Assembly: GCA_964607155.1 (NCBI GenBank)
Contig: CAZSIF010000006.1
Span: 25,048 to 89,047, forward strand
From: an uncultured Oscillospiraceae bacterium
GTDB lineage: Bacteria > Bacillota > Clostridia > Christensenellales > CAG-314
Direction of reading: 5' to 3'
DNA length: 64,000 bases
Each line of letters starts with the position of its first letter. The first letter of the stretch is position 1. The notes beneath the pieces were generated by a model. That model did not search any database. It was not told the origin of the DNA and saw only the letters and a program-made list of their open reading frames with translations. Below are positions 1 through 9,609 of this stretch, piece by piece. The translations under genes and the position numbers were made by a program.

Positions 1-2
1 AC

Positions 3-455
3 TTTACCTCGCCGATACGGCGTTATCCGGATTTGGTGGTGCATCGCATTATTAAAACCGCGCTTTGCGGCAAAATGACGGAAAAGGCATTGTGCGCCTA
101 TGAGGTTATGGCTACGGATACCGCAAAACAGGCGTCTATTAGGGAGCGTGTCGCCGTCGAGGCGGAGCGTAAAGCCGACGATATTAAAAAGTGCAGATAT
201 GCGCAAACCATTATCGGACAGTCGTTTGATGCCGTGATATCGGGCGTGTTGGATAGCGGTTTGTTTTGTTCGCTTGCCAACACAGTGGAAGGCTTTGTTT
301 CATTTGCCGATTGCGACGGATGTTTTAGTGTGGATAAGCAAAGTTTTACTGCCACTGACGGGCGCAGAACGTTTAGGCTCGGCGATGCCGTGCGTATACG
401 CGTTGTTGCGGTAAGCGTTGCAGATTGTAAAATCGATTTTTGCTTTGACGACTAA
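3..455 (+). CDS. rnr: Ribonuclease R, C-terminal part (5' end outside the window)
   Basis: The frame is open from the window edge. Translation begins FTSPIRRYPDLVVHR (RNase II/R RNB-domain signature) and ends in an S1-like segment (GFVSF...VRIRVVAV). smpB follows directly, as in many Firmicutes. Confidence 0.8.
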   Translation, partial: FTSPIRRYPDLVVHRIIKTALCGKMTEKALCAYEVMATDTAKQASIRERVAVEAERKADDIKKCRYAQTIIGQSFDAVISGVLDSGLFCSLANTVEGFVSFADCDGCFSVDKQSFTATDGRRTFRLGDAVRIRVVAVSVADCKIDFCFDD

Positions 456-504
456 GCACGTCGTTTGGGTTGACAAAATTCTTTTTACGGATATAATGAT
501 TGAT

Positions 505-963
505 ATGAAAGTTATTGCTACAAATAAAAAGGCACGTCACGATTATTTTGTCGTGGAAACGTTGGAGTGCGGAATAAATCTTGTCGGTTGTGAGGTTAAG
601 TCATTGCGCAAGGGCGAGGTTAATCTTGCCGATTCGTACTGTCGTGTGGATGGTGGAGATTTGACGCTTATTGGGTGCCATATCAAAAATTACGATAAGG
701 GCAGCTATTCTAACGTGGAAAGTCGTCGTGACCGTCGTTTGCTGGCGCACAAGCGTGAGATTATGCGTTTGCTTGGCAAGGTGAAGGAAAAAGGCTATTC
801 CATGGTGCCGCTTTCGATGTATTTTAAGGGTAGTTTGGTAAAGGTGGGGGTCGCACTGGTCAAGGGTAAACAAAACTACGACAAAAAAGAAGCAATCAAG
901 GCAAACGATATCAAGCGGGAGCAACAGCGTGCCGTTTCCGACTACAAGGCGCGCTCGCTATGA
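505..963 (+). CDS. smpB: SsrA-binding protein SmpB
   Basis: MKVIATNKKARHDYFVVETLECGINLVGCEVKSLR... is the canonical SmpB N-terminus. I chose the ATG at 505 within ORF 418..963; 496 is also possible. Confidence 0.9.
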   Translation: MKVIATNKKARHDYFVVETLECGINLVGCEVKSLRKGEVNLADSYCRVDGGDLTLIGCHIKNYDKGSYSNVESRRDRRLLAHKREIMRLLGKVKEKGYSMVPLSMYFKGSLVKVGVALVKGKQNYDKKEAIKANDIKREQQRAVSDYKARSL

Positions 964-1526
964 TGACGGCTGTCGATGTTTTTTGCGCTGCCGATCTCAG
1001 TCGCGTTGCGATAATCGGTAGCCCCGGTAGCGGCAAAAGTACGCTTGCGCTTGAGCTTTCACAGCTACTAAAACGCAATGCTGTGCACTTGGATCGCGTA
1101 ATGTGGCGCTCGGGCTGGCAGCTACCATCCAAGGAGGAGTGCAAGACAATCCATGACGGCTTGATTGCCGAGGAATGTTGGATAATTGACGGTATGTGGG
1201 GTAGTCTTGTCGCCGACCGCTTTGCCCACGCAACCACGGTGATTTTTCTCGATGTGAACAGGCTAACTTGTTTGCGACGCGCGTTTTTTAGGTCGCTCAA
1301 ATACCGTAACAAGCCGCGTGTTGATATGGCGGAGGGCTGTCGTGAAAGACTTGACCGTGATTTTGTTAGTCGCATTTGGGGCTTTCCGCAAAATATGCGC
1401 CCGCGTCTGCTAACGCTTGCCGAGGATAATTCGCAGGTTACGTTTATCGTTATAAAGGGTGTGGCGGCTTGTAAGCGATTTGTTAAAGGGATAAAGAATA
1501 ATTTGTTAAATGCGAAAAAGAATTAG
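960..1526 (+). CDS. P-loop NTPase, adenylate-kinase-like / topology-modulation (FlaR-like) family
   Basis: Walker A motif IIGSPGSGKST and a size of about 190 aa. The start overlaps the smpB stop (ATGA). Confidence 0.6.
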   Translation: MMTAVDVFCAADLSRVAIIGSPGSGKSTLALELSQLLKRNAVHLDRVMWRSGWQLPSKEECKTIHDGLIAEECWIIDGMWGSLVADRFAHATTVIFLDVNRLTCLRRAFFRSLKYRNKPRVDMAEGCRERLDRDFVSRIWGFPQNMRPRLLTLAEDNSQVTFIVIKGVAACKRFVKGIKNNLLNAKKN

Positions 1527-1857
1527 TTTTATGCTTTTTCGCTTTTTTATTATTTTGCGGCTTTTTGCACTATGATTTTGCGTTTTTGTCGTTGCATTTA
1601 TGGGGAGCTTACGCCGTACGGAATGATAAAATAACGAGCAAAATGATGGGCACAATTTGCAACGGGTGGTAAATAATAAACAAAGCGTTATTGATAAATC
1701 AAGTTTTTGTTTGTATCGGTTGTTTATTTGTCGCAAGTGTGATATAATGTATTTAATTGGCTTAGAACGTGCGCGCTATCGGCGCAATCGTTGCGAATCA
1801 AATTATGCTGATAACACATTTGTTTGCAGGTGTTAACGGCTTTGGAGATGTTTTATT

Positions 1858-3246
1858 ATGCAATTACGGGTTTACAATACGTTAACGAGAAAAAAAGAGG
1901 ATTTTGTTCCGCTAAAAGCCAATCAAGTTGGCATATATTCGTGCGGTCCAACCGTGTACAAATATGCGCACATAGGTAATCTTAGAGCGTATGTTTTTAT
2001 GGACGAGCTGCGCCGAGTGTTGGAATACGATGGCTACAAGGTTAAATCGGTAATGAATATAACCGACGTGGGGCACCTTGTTTCCGATGCCGATGACGGT
2101 GAAGATAAAATGCAAAAATCCGCCAATGAAACGGGCAAAACGCCGTTGGAAATTGCAGCATTTTATACCGACCAATTTATGAAGGATATCGACGCCCTGC
2201 ATATAAAGCGCCCCACAATTTGCCCGAAGGCAACGGATAACATTCCGGAAATGATCGAAATCGTGCAGGCGCTATTGGAAAAGGGGTACGCTTACGAAAC
2301 AGAGGACGGCATATACTATTCGGTGGAAAAATTTCCCGAGTATGGTCAGCTGTCCGGCATCAATCTTGAGGATCAGCGTCACGGTGCGCGCGTTGAAGTT
2401 AATAGCTTCAAGCGGCACCCAATCGATTTTGCTTTGTGGAAGCAGGCTGCGCCCAACCATTTGCAGCAGTGGGCAAGTCCGTGGGGACAGGGCTTCCCCG
2501 GATGGCACATCGAGTGCACGGCAATGTCCAAAAAATATCTTGGCGAACGCTTTGATATACACACCGGCGGCGTGGATCACATTCCCATCCATCACGAAAA
2601 CGAAATTGCACAGGCGGAGGCGTGGCTGGGGCACAAGGCTGTCAATTATTGGATGCATAGTGAGTTTATGCTTATTGATGGCGGCAAAATGAGCAAGTCG
2701 TTAGGAAACACATATACCGTAAACGACCTTGTTGCTAAGGGCTACGATCCTGTTGTGTTCCGCTATTTTTGCCTTAACGTGCAATATCGTCAAAAAATCA
2801 ACTTTACTTGGGATGGCTTAGAGGCGGCAAAAGTGGCGTACAATAAGCTGTGCGGATTGCTTGTGGCACACAAAAACGGCACGGAAAAAATCGACCAAGC
2901 CGTGCTTGACGACTTTGAACGTCGCTTTGACGAGGCTGTTAACGACGACCTTAACGTACCGCTTGCAATAGGCGTGCTTTGGACAATGCTCAAGCTGCCT
3001 CGCTCTGCAGACGTGTACAAGCTTGCACTAAAATTCGATAAGATTTTTGCGTTGGATTTTGACAAGGTAAAGGAGCAAAAACAGCAAATAGAGGTGCCTG
3101 CAGAGGTTACCGCGCTTGCAGAACAACGCCTTGCCGCACGCAAACAAAAGAATTGGGCGGAAAGCGACCGTTTGCGCGATGAACTTGCCGCTATGGGTTA
3201 CGCCGTAAAGGATACCGCAAGCGGATACGAAATTACACTTAAATAG
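1858..3246 (+). CDS. cysS: Cysteine--tRNA ligase
   Basis: A class I HIGH-type motif (YAHIGNLR), KMSKSLGN, and a typical CysS N-terminus (YNTLTRKKEDF..GIYSCGPTVY). A GGAG-type RBS lies upstream. Confidence 0.95.
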   Translation: MQLRVYNTLTRKKEDFVPLKANQVGIYSCGPTVYKYAHIGNLRAYVFMDELRRVLEYDGYKVKSVMNITDVGHLVSDADDGEDKMQKSANETGKTPLEIAAFYTDQFMKDIDALHIKRPTICPKATDNIPEMIEIVQALLEKGYAYETEDGIYYSVEKFPEYGQLSGINLEDQRHGARVEVNSFKRHPIDFALWKQAAPNHLQQWASPWGQGFPGWHIECTAMSKKYLGERFDIHTGGVDHIPIHHENEIAQAEAWLGHKAVNYWMHSEFMLIDGGKMSKSLGNTYTVNDLVAKGYDPVVFRYFCLNVQYRQKINFTWDGLEAAKVAYNKLCGLLVAHKNGTEKIDQAVLDDFERRFDEAVNDDLNVPLAIGVLWTMLKLPRSADVYKLALKFDKIFALDFDKVKEQKQQIEVPAEVTALAEQRLAARKQKNWAESDRLRDELAAMGYAVKDTASGYEITLK

Positions 3247-3253
3247 TTTGCAC

Positions 3254-3292
3254 GGGAGAACGTTTTTTTTGAGAACGCTCTCCCTTTTTTTT
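3254..3292 (+). terminator. Intrinsic terminator of cysS
   Basis: GGGAGAACGTT / AACGCTCTCCC stem with one mismatch, followed by T8. Confidence 0.7.
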
Positions 3293-3399
3293 GTGGGCGT
3301 TTGTTTGAACAAGTCGGTTTGGTGGTGTGTGGTGGATAAAATTTGCAATAAATTGCATTTTGTGCTGTAACTCGGCATAAGCTTTGTCGGAGATGTTTT

Positions 3400-3645
3400 A
3401 TGGCGACAAAGCATAGTGTTACCTATTGTGATAACATAATCACGTTCAACGGCGTAACGAGTGTATCGGCACTTACCGAGCGAGAGGCAGTGTTGCGATT
3501 GGACGGGCAAACCGTTACCGTCAGGGGCAGCGGACTTAACGTTACCTCCATCGATAAGGATAAAGGTGTGGCTGTGATCGAGGTGGAAAAGCTTGTCTCC
3601 GTTACCTATAAGGATGGGTTTAGCTTGAAGGGACTGTTAAAATGA
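3400..3645 (+). CDS. yabP: Sporulation protein YabP-like
   Basis: An 81-aa protein with the YabP/YqfC pattern (V.SF.E..I.L.T..G.L.I.G..L.I..L......I.G.I.S..Y). It overlaps the next small membrane gene by 4 nt, as in yabP-yabQ. Confidence 0.6.
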   Translation: MATKHSVTYCDNIITFNGVTSVSALTEREAVLRLDGQTVTVRGSGLNVTSIDKDKGVAVIEVEKLVSVTYKDGFSLKGLLK

Positions 3646-3995
3646 CGCTTGGCGCAAATATATCGCAGCTATACGTCTTTTTGCTGTTTTTTGTGTTGGG
3701 CGTTGCTATAACGGCGGTGTATATGCTGGGTTTCAAGTTGACGGAGCATAGCCGTGTTGCAACACTCGTTTTCGATTCTGTCTATGGCTGTGGCTGTGCT
3801 GTGTTGGTGTGGTATGCAAACCTAGTTAAAAATAACGGCGAAGCACGGGTGTTTGTTTTTGTGGGACTGGTTGTGGGCGCACTAATGGCAGTTAAGATAC
3901 TAAAAGATGTACTATTTAATGCCGTTTATCGGCTCAAAAAATTATTTTATAAATTAAAACGCGTTTGCGACAACGATAAACACAACGTTCCGTAG
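3642..3995 (+). CDS. yabQ: Small membrane protein, YabQ-like (spore cortex biosynthesis)
   Basis: A 117-aa protein with 3 predicted TM helices, translationally coupled to the yabP-like gene. The assignment rests on context and size only. Confidence 0.45.
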   Translation: MTLGANISQLYVFLLFFVLGVAITAVYMLGFKLTEHSRVATLVFDSVYGCGCAVLVWYANLVKNNGEARVFVFVGLVVGALMAVKILKDVLFNAVYRLKKLFYKLKRVCDNDKHNVP

Positions 3996-4836
3996 GCTAA
4001 TTGCTTTGAGCGAGCCGTTGCCTTTGGGGTGGTCTTGGCAACTTTCGAGTTTTATCCATAATCTATTTGTAAACGGGTGCGTTCGCTTCGTGCGAACTGT
4101 TTGTGGAAGTATTAGTCAATGGCGTTTTGCATTGTAAACCATAATGGCACGAATGTATTGCACACGGTATCCGAGCAAACGCCAAGCCCTGCAATGTTGG
4201 CGTAGTGGTGTTGAATGTATATTAAATTGTCAAGTTTTGCTTGGCTTTTTTTGTTTCTTATTATTTTGGGAGCTTGTGTTATTTGCAACTTTTATTTGAC
4301 GGTAATTATAGGTCGGGCAGCGGTTAACTTATACATCAAATTTCGATACATAACAAAGTGTGTTGCAATTTTGTAAATACAATAAAAACAGGGCGCAACG
4401 ATTATATGAACCGTCGGTTTACTATCCCTAAAGCACTTCAATAAATTCACGAAAAAGATTTATTTTGCCAAACGCTTTTTTCGCGTTAACTTTCGCTTGC
4501 CCTAATTTTGCCATTCAAAACAAAGGTTTAGCGCAAAAAGCTTGGTTTGGTTATTTGCAAAAAATAAGGTAAAATTCGTAGTTTTTTGATTGCCATTCCC
4601 TCGCGTTCATGGTATAATGTATCCAATTTAGAACACGTTCTGAAACTTTTATGTTTCGGTAGAAGGAGATATATGGTTAAAAAAATATAGTTAAAATAAA
4701 CAAGCAGATGTTGTTGCAAGGCGAAAACAAAACCTTTTGCGCTTGCACCTTAAAACAGATAAGTATTGCGAAAGAATAAACATTTTTAGCAATCTAAATA
4801 AAAAAACTCATTCTAAAAAATAAAAAAGGAGTATTT

Positions 4837-7800
4837 ATGAGAAAAATAACAACTATACTTTTGACCGTTCTATTGGTCGTTTGCATGGCGGCTTGTTTGA
4901 GTGCATGCAAGAAAACGGAAGAAAAGCTGTTATCTTTGGACGAGCAGATAGCGGCAATCAACACCTCTATCAACGAGCTTAAAACGATTGACGAGCAAAT
5001 AAAGCAGTCCATAGCCGAGTTGGAAGCCAAAGCCAACAGCACGGAGGAGCGAATTGAAGGCATCGACGAGGTTATTGCTGAATTAAAGGCAAAGGATGCC
5101 GAACTTGAGAGTAGAATTGCCGCTCTTGAAAGTGCAGCCAAAGCATTGACGGATAGGGTTAGCAAAAACGAAGAAGATATTACCGATATTAACGGCAGTG
5201 TTGACGAGATTCTTAAACGTTTGGAGACTATCGACGCGTTAAATAAAGCGTTGCAAACACGAATCGACTGTTTGGAAGGCAAACACAGTTGGGATTTTGA
5301 TGACGAAGGTTCGGGGTATTATTGGGCAAATGGACTTGTTTCTTGTCACGCAAATCTCAAGTGCGCCAACTGCAGCCAGTATATACGCATTGAAAGTCAG
5401 GAAATTACCTACGATAACTATGTTTTAACGGCAACCTTCCCCGAAAGCACCCATGTGCCGGCAAAAACGTTTGATATTACCGATGTAAGGGGTTTTGATA
5501 ATGATACCGTGCGCGCCGTAGTTAAATTGATGCTTAGCAGTGGCACGGCGGAAAGTGCAGAAGTAAGGCTGACGCTTTCAGCAGTTCCGCTTTATGAAAA
5601 TGTTTTCCAAGTAATTAGTGAAACGATTCGCGATTATGACGGCTTTGGCTATAATGGTCCTCAAAACGGCGCGGTTAAGCTTACGATTGCCGGCGTGGAA
5701 ACTATTAGCGATGAGGCATTTAGGCAAAGCGATTGGCTTGGCGAGTTGGTTATCGGCGAAGGAGTGAAAACAATCGGAACCAATGCGTTTAATTGGTGTA
5801 CTTATTTAAAGAGTGTTTCGATAGCGAATGATCTGGAAACAATCGGGAGATATGCATTTGAATGTTGTACCGGGCTTACAAACGTTAGTTTGGACGAAAA
5901 ATTGCGGGAAATCGGCGAATATGCATTTAATACATGCGAATCGTTGAAAACATTAAATATACCAAATGGCGTAACTTCTATTGGCGATTATGCGTTCAAC
6001 GAGTGTCGCTTGCTTGAAAGCATAACCTTTGGCAGTGGTATTACGGAGTGGAATTGTTGGCTGGATAATTGCAGTGAACTTACAAGTATCACGTTTACCG
6101 CTCCATTGGAGGTTGTTGAACCGCATGCATTGGATTTGTTTGAAACACGCAACATTACGCTAACGCTTGTCGACGGGCAAATGGATTTTGAACAATCTGT
6201 CGATAATTGGGTTGCCAAAGAAGATCAGTTGTTTGAAGTTAACGGTGACAATGTATTTTGCGAACACGAATTTAAGTCGATTGTGCTTTCCGTTTCGATT
6301 GACGCAACCAAAATGAATGCGGATGAGATTCAGTTTGCGATAGAACAAGCTGTTATGACCGGCAAGCTCAATATAAGCATTGCCCTTGCATCAACAGCCT
6401 CCACCGACGAATTTGCCGCAATACGAACCGCCCTTGCCGGAACGAAGGATTTAATAACGCTTTCGATAAGTGGCGCAACGGAAATACCGCAAGACGCGTT
6501 TAGGCAACTAAGTAACCTTAAACGTATCACTATCGGTGACGGAGTGACAAGTATTGGGCGGTATGCTTTTGCAAACTGTGATGCGTTAGTGGACGTACAT
6601 ATAGGCAAAAACGTAAGTACCATTGGCGAATTTGCTTTTGATAATTGTGGCGAATTGCAAAGCGTAAACATTCCGTTGAGTGTAACGAGTATTGGAGCTT
6701 CTGCATTTAACACATTTGTTTTGGCTGACGTGTATTATGCCGGCGAGTTGGAAAATTGGATAAAAATCCTCTTTGAAACTGCGTATTCTAATCCATGCTC
6801 AAGCGGTGCAAAACTGTATTTTAACGGAAAGCTTGTGGAGCGTGTGACCATTTCCGACGTGACAAACGTGCCGGACAGTTTGTTTTACGGCTGCGCGTCG
6901 CTTACGAGCGTTACTATCGAAGAGGGCGTTACAAGCATAGGCGTTGGCGCATTCGGTATTTGCACGTCGCTTGCGCAAATAACCATTCCGTCAAGCGTAA
7001 CGCATATTGGCGACGGTGCATTTGAGTGCACTGCAATTACGGATATTACGTTATCCGATAATGTAACGGAGTTGGGAGCAAACGTATTTAATGGTTGCGA
7101 TAAGTTGGAAAGCGTTGTTATTGGCAGCGGCGTTACGGATTTGGTATGTGTACAGCTTTTCCGTTTCTGTTATAGTTTGCAAAACATCACGTTTAAGGCG
7201 CCGATAACACGCATGTTGGTAAATACATTTATGGATTGCAATACGGAAAACATAACGCTTACATTTGCCAAGGGACAAAAGGAACTTGTGCAAGTCTATG
7301 AGGGGGACTGGGAAGCAGGCGAGCAAATGTTTGGCGGCGGTAACGAGTTTTGCGGATTAACTTTCGACAGAATTAATGTTCCTATCGTGTTGGACGCATC
7401 GGGAATGACCGCTGACGAATTGGAAGATGCATTGGCGCAAGTGGTACAAAACGGCAGTGAGGATATAACGGTGCAGTTTGATTCTACCACTACCGAGCAG
7501 CACTGGGGCGCAATCGTTAATGCCTTGTATTATGTCAACAGTGGCAGCATAAAGCTTACAATAGACGGTGTGTGGACTATTAGTGGCGCATTTTATAATT
7601 GTGAAGCAATAAAAAGCTTGACCATTGAGAACGTTTCGACTATTGCATGGGGAACTGTTAGGGAGTGCCACCACCTTAATAGCATAACGATTGGTAAAGG
7701 CGTTACTAAAATTGATAACCAAGCCTTTTTACGGTGCAGTCAACTTACAACTGTTATTTTTGAGGGCACGATAGAGGAATGGAACGCTATCGAAAAGGGT

Positions 7801-7869
7801 GATAGTTGGTTGGACGGCTGTGCTGGATATGAAGTTGTTTGCAGTGATGGATCTGTTAGCATTTGGTAA
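4837..7869 (+). CDS. Surface lipoprotein with an N-terminal coiled coil and BspA-type leucine-rich repeats
   Basis: Signal peptide with lipobox LSAC, then an approximately 110-aa heptad-rich segment. Repeated IGxxAFxxCxxLxx(V/I)xIPxxV units are arranged as two duplicated modules. AAGGAG RBS 7 nt upstream. Confidence 0.8.
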   Translation: MRKITTILLTVLLVVCMAACLSACKKTEEKLLSLDEQIAAINTSINELKTIDEQIKQSIAELEAKANSTEERIEGIDEVIAELKAKDAELESRIAALESAAKALTDRVSKNEEDITDINGSVDEILKRLETIDALNKALQTRIDCLEGKHSWDFDDEGSGYYWANGLVSCHANLKCANCSQYIRIESQEITYDNYVLTATFPESTHVPAKTFDITDVRGFDNDTVRAVVKLMLSSGTAESAEVRLTLSAVPLYENVFQVISETIRDYDGFGYNGPQNGAVKLTIAGVETISDEAFRQSDWLGELVIGEGVKTIGTNAFNWCTYLKSVSIANDLETIGRYAFECCTGLTNVSLDEKLREIGEYAFNTCESLKTLNIPNGVTSIGDYAFNECRLLESITFGSGITEWNCWLDNCSELTSITFTAPLEVVEPHALDLFETRNITLTLVDGQMDFEQSVDNWVAKEDQLFEVNGDNVFCEHEFKSIVLSVSIDATKMNADEIQFAIEQAVMTGKLNISIALASTASTDEFAAIRTALAGTKDLITLSISGATEIPQDAFRQLSNLKRITIGDGVTSIGRYAFANCDALVDVHIGKNVSTIGEFAFDNCGELQSVNIPLSVTSIGASAFNTFVLADVYYAGELENWIKILFETAYSNPCSSGAKLYFNGKLVERVTISDVTNVPDSLFYGCASLTSVTIEEGVTSIGVGAFGICTSLAQITIPSSVTHIGDGAFECTAITDITLSDNVTELGANVFNGCDKLESVVIGSGVTDLVCVQLFRFCYSLQNITFKAPITRMLVNTFMDCNTENITLTFAKGQKELVQVYEGDWEAGEQMFGGGNEFCGLTFDRINVPIVLDASGMTADELEDALAQVVQNGSEDITVQFDSTTTEQHWGAIVNALYYVNSGSIKLTIDGVWTISGAFYNCEAIKSLTIENVSTIAWGTVRECHHLNSITIGKGVTKIDNQAFLRCSQLTTVIFEGTIEEWNAIEKGDSWLDGCAGYEVVCSDGSVSIW

Positions 7870-7917
7870 ACGGCAAATTTAAGCAAGCAATTTGGTTTGC
7901 CAATAAATAATTGTAAA

Positions 7918-7958
7918 ATGTCGGGCGACTTTTTGTGTAAGTCGCTCGACATTTTTGT
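7918..7958 (+). terminator. Intrinsic terminator after the LRR lipoprotein gene
   Basis: ATGTCGGGCGACTT / AAGTCGCTCGACAT stem with one mismatch, followed by TTTTTGTG. Confidence 0.6.
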
Positions 7959-8215
7959 GTTTGGGCTATTTTGTGCGGGTGCGATTGTGGCAGTGGCACA
8001 ATTCGTTTTTGTGCCCAATGGTCATTGGGTGTGGGTAATTAAAAAAAGCAAGAGATGTTAGCGGATAGATTCACAAAACGGATAATAAAAGAATGATTGC
8101 AATACGCAAAAAAACACATTCGTGAACTAATAAGCTTTGGAAGTTTTGTGGCACAAGATGATAATTGGTAAAATCCTCGATTCGCGTTTTGGGACAGTGT
8201 TTTTATTGTAATAAT

Positions 8216-8247
8216 AAACGGAAGTCCCAAGCTCGGAACTTCCGTTT
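8216..8247 (-). terminator. Intrinsic terminator of prs
   Basis: AAACGGAAGT / ACTTCCGTTT 10-bp stem, followed on the minus strand by TTTATTATT. Confidence 0.6.
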
Positions 8248-8267
8248 GTAATGATAATATTCGTAAA

Positions 8268-9224
8268 TTACTCGTACAGTTTGGATACGGGCAGGTCGGT
8301 GTATACGCGTTCGATTGCTTCTGCAAAGAGTGACGCAACGGAAACGACCTGAATTTTATCCAGCTTTTTTTCTTCGGCAAGGGGGATTGTATCCAACACG
8401 ACCACCTTGGACAGCGGTGATGCTTTGAGCCGCTCGATTGCCGGTCCGGAAAGTACCGCATGCGAGCAGCACGCAATAACTTCTTTTGCACCGTTATCCA
8501 CAAGTGCTTGTGCGCCTTGACAGATGGTGCCGGCGGTATCAATCATATCGTCTAACATAAGGCAGGTTTTGCCGCGCACGTCGCCGATGATATTCATTAC
8601 TTCCATAACGTTTGCCTTAGGACGGCGTTTGTCGATGATTGCAAGCGGTGCGTTGAACTTGGACGCCATTGCTCTGGAGCGGGATACGCTGCCCACGTCC
8701 GGACTTACGATGGTAAGGTTATCTGCGCCAAAGCCCTGCTTTTTGAAGTAACTTGCCAACAGCGGCATGCCCATAAGGTTATCCACGGGAATGTTAAAAA
8801 AGCCTTGCAACTGACTGCTGTGCAAATCCATCGTGAGCACTCGGTTTGCGCCTGCGGTTTGCAAAATGTCCGCAACAAGCTTGGCGGAAATGGGATCTCT
8901 TGCGCGAGCCTTTCTGTCCTGACGGGCATAGCCGAAATACGGAATGACGGCGGTAATTCTTCCTGCCGAAGCGCGTTTTAGCGCGTCGATTATTACCAGC
9001 AGCTCCATGAGGTTGTCGTTAACGGGGCTGCATGTGGATTGAATAACAAACACGTCGCAACCGCGTACCGTTTCTTTGATGTTAACGGCTGTTTCGCCGT
9101 CGGAGAACTTTCCCACCTCGATGCTGCCAAGCTCCAACTCAAGGCGTTCGCAGATTTGTTCGGCAAGTTGCTTGCAGGCATTGCCGGCAAAAAGCTTTAT
9201 TGTACCGTGCGTTTGATTTAACAT
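8268..9224 (-). CDS. prs: Ribose-phosphate pyrophosphokinase (PRPP synthetase)
   Basis: Full-length match to the Prs pattern (KLFAGNA...FSDGE..V.I.E.VRG.DVF..QS, DLHS.Q.QGFF, PRPP-binding loop DDMIDTAGT). GGAGGG RBS. Confidence 0.95.
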   Translation of the reverse strand: MLNQTHGTIKLFAGNACKQLAEQICERLELELGSIEVGKFSDGETAVNIKETVRGCDVFVIQSTCSPVNDNLMELLVIIDALKRASAGRITAVIPYFGYARQDRKARARDPISAKLVADILQTAGANRVLTMDLHSSQLQGFFNIPVDNLMGMPLLASYFKKQGFGADNLTIVSPDVGSVSRSRAMASKFNAPLAIIDKRRPKANVMEVMNIIGDVRGKTCLMLDDMIDTAGTICQGAQALVDNGAKEVIACCSHAVLSGPAIERLKASPLSKVVVLDTIPLAEEKKLDKIQVVSVASLFAEAIERVYTDLPVSKLYE

Positions 9225-9330
9225 TTAGTAACCCTCCGTGGCGACGCTGTAAATAATACTTGCATCGGGCTGCTGCGTCGCAAACCGTCCCGTGCAAGGG
9301 CTTCGACGTCATTTTTACGTCGGTACCTTT

Positions 9331-9359
9331 ATTTTAATTGTTGACGAAAAATGTGTCAA
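9331..9359 (-). promoter_or_regulatory. Sigma-A type promoter for prs
   Basis: Minus strand reads TTGACA-17 nt-TAAAAT, about 100 nt upstream of the prs start. Confidence 0.5.
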
Positions 9360-9609
9360 GCAAAACGCCCGCGTGCCTGACATTTTCGCTGAGATAATTG
9401 CCGTTTTTGCGTCGTTTGGCTTTGCGGTTGTGGGATAATGGACGTAAAAGCATTTTGCACTGTGTGGCAACATGGACAGTGCTTGCTGTTGATAGAGGCA
9501 TTTAGCCGAGCCGCTAACAATGTGTTGTTCATGCGAGTATTTGTGGTGGTTGCGGTGCGAGATGTGGCGACTTGACAAGCGGTGTGACACGGAGCGGCTT
9601 GCATGGGTT

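Noticed and set aside
1655-1680. Possible T-box leader upstream of cysS (CAACGGGTGGTAAATAA resembles the start of the T-box GGGTGGTACCGCG).
   Set aside because: Only GGGTGGTA matches. The ACCGCG half is absent, there is no terminator/antiterminator pair, and the element lies upstream of the best promoter candidate (~1715-1747).
4529-4747. A short inverted repeat (AGCGCAAAAAG / CTTTTGCGCT) flanking the promoter upstream of the LRR lipoprotein gene, considered as an invertible promoter.
   Set aside because: Only 9-11 bp match, far shorter than typical inverton repeats. No recombinase gene is nearby.
9225-9609. ORFs 9315..9707 and 9356..9790 in the ylmH-prs gap, including a 58-aa MNNTLLAARL... 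segment.
   Set aside because: They have no RBS and their composition is Arg/Ser/Thr/His-rich, typical of out-of-frame or non-coding translation. The region is better explained by the prs promoter and leader.
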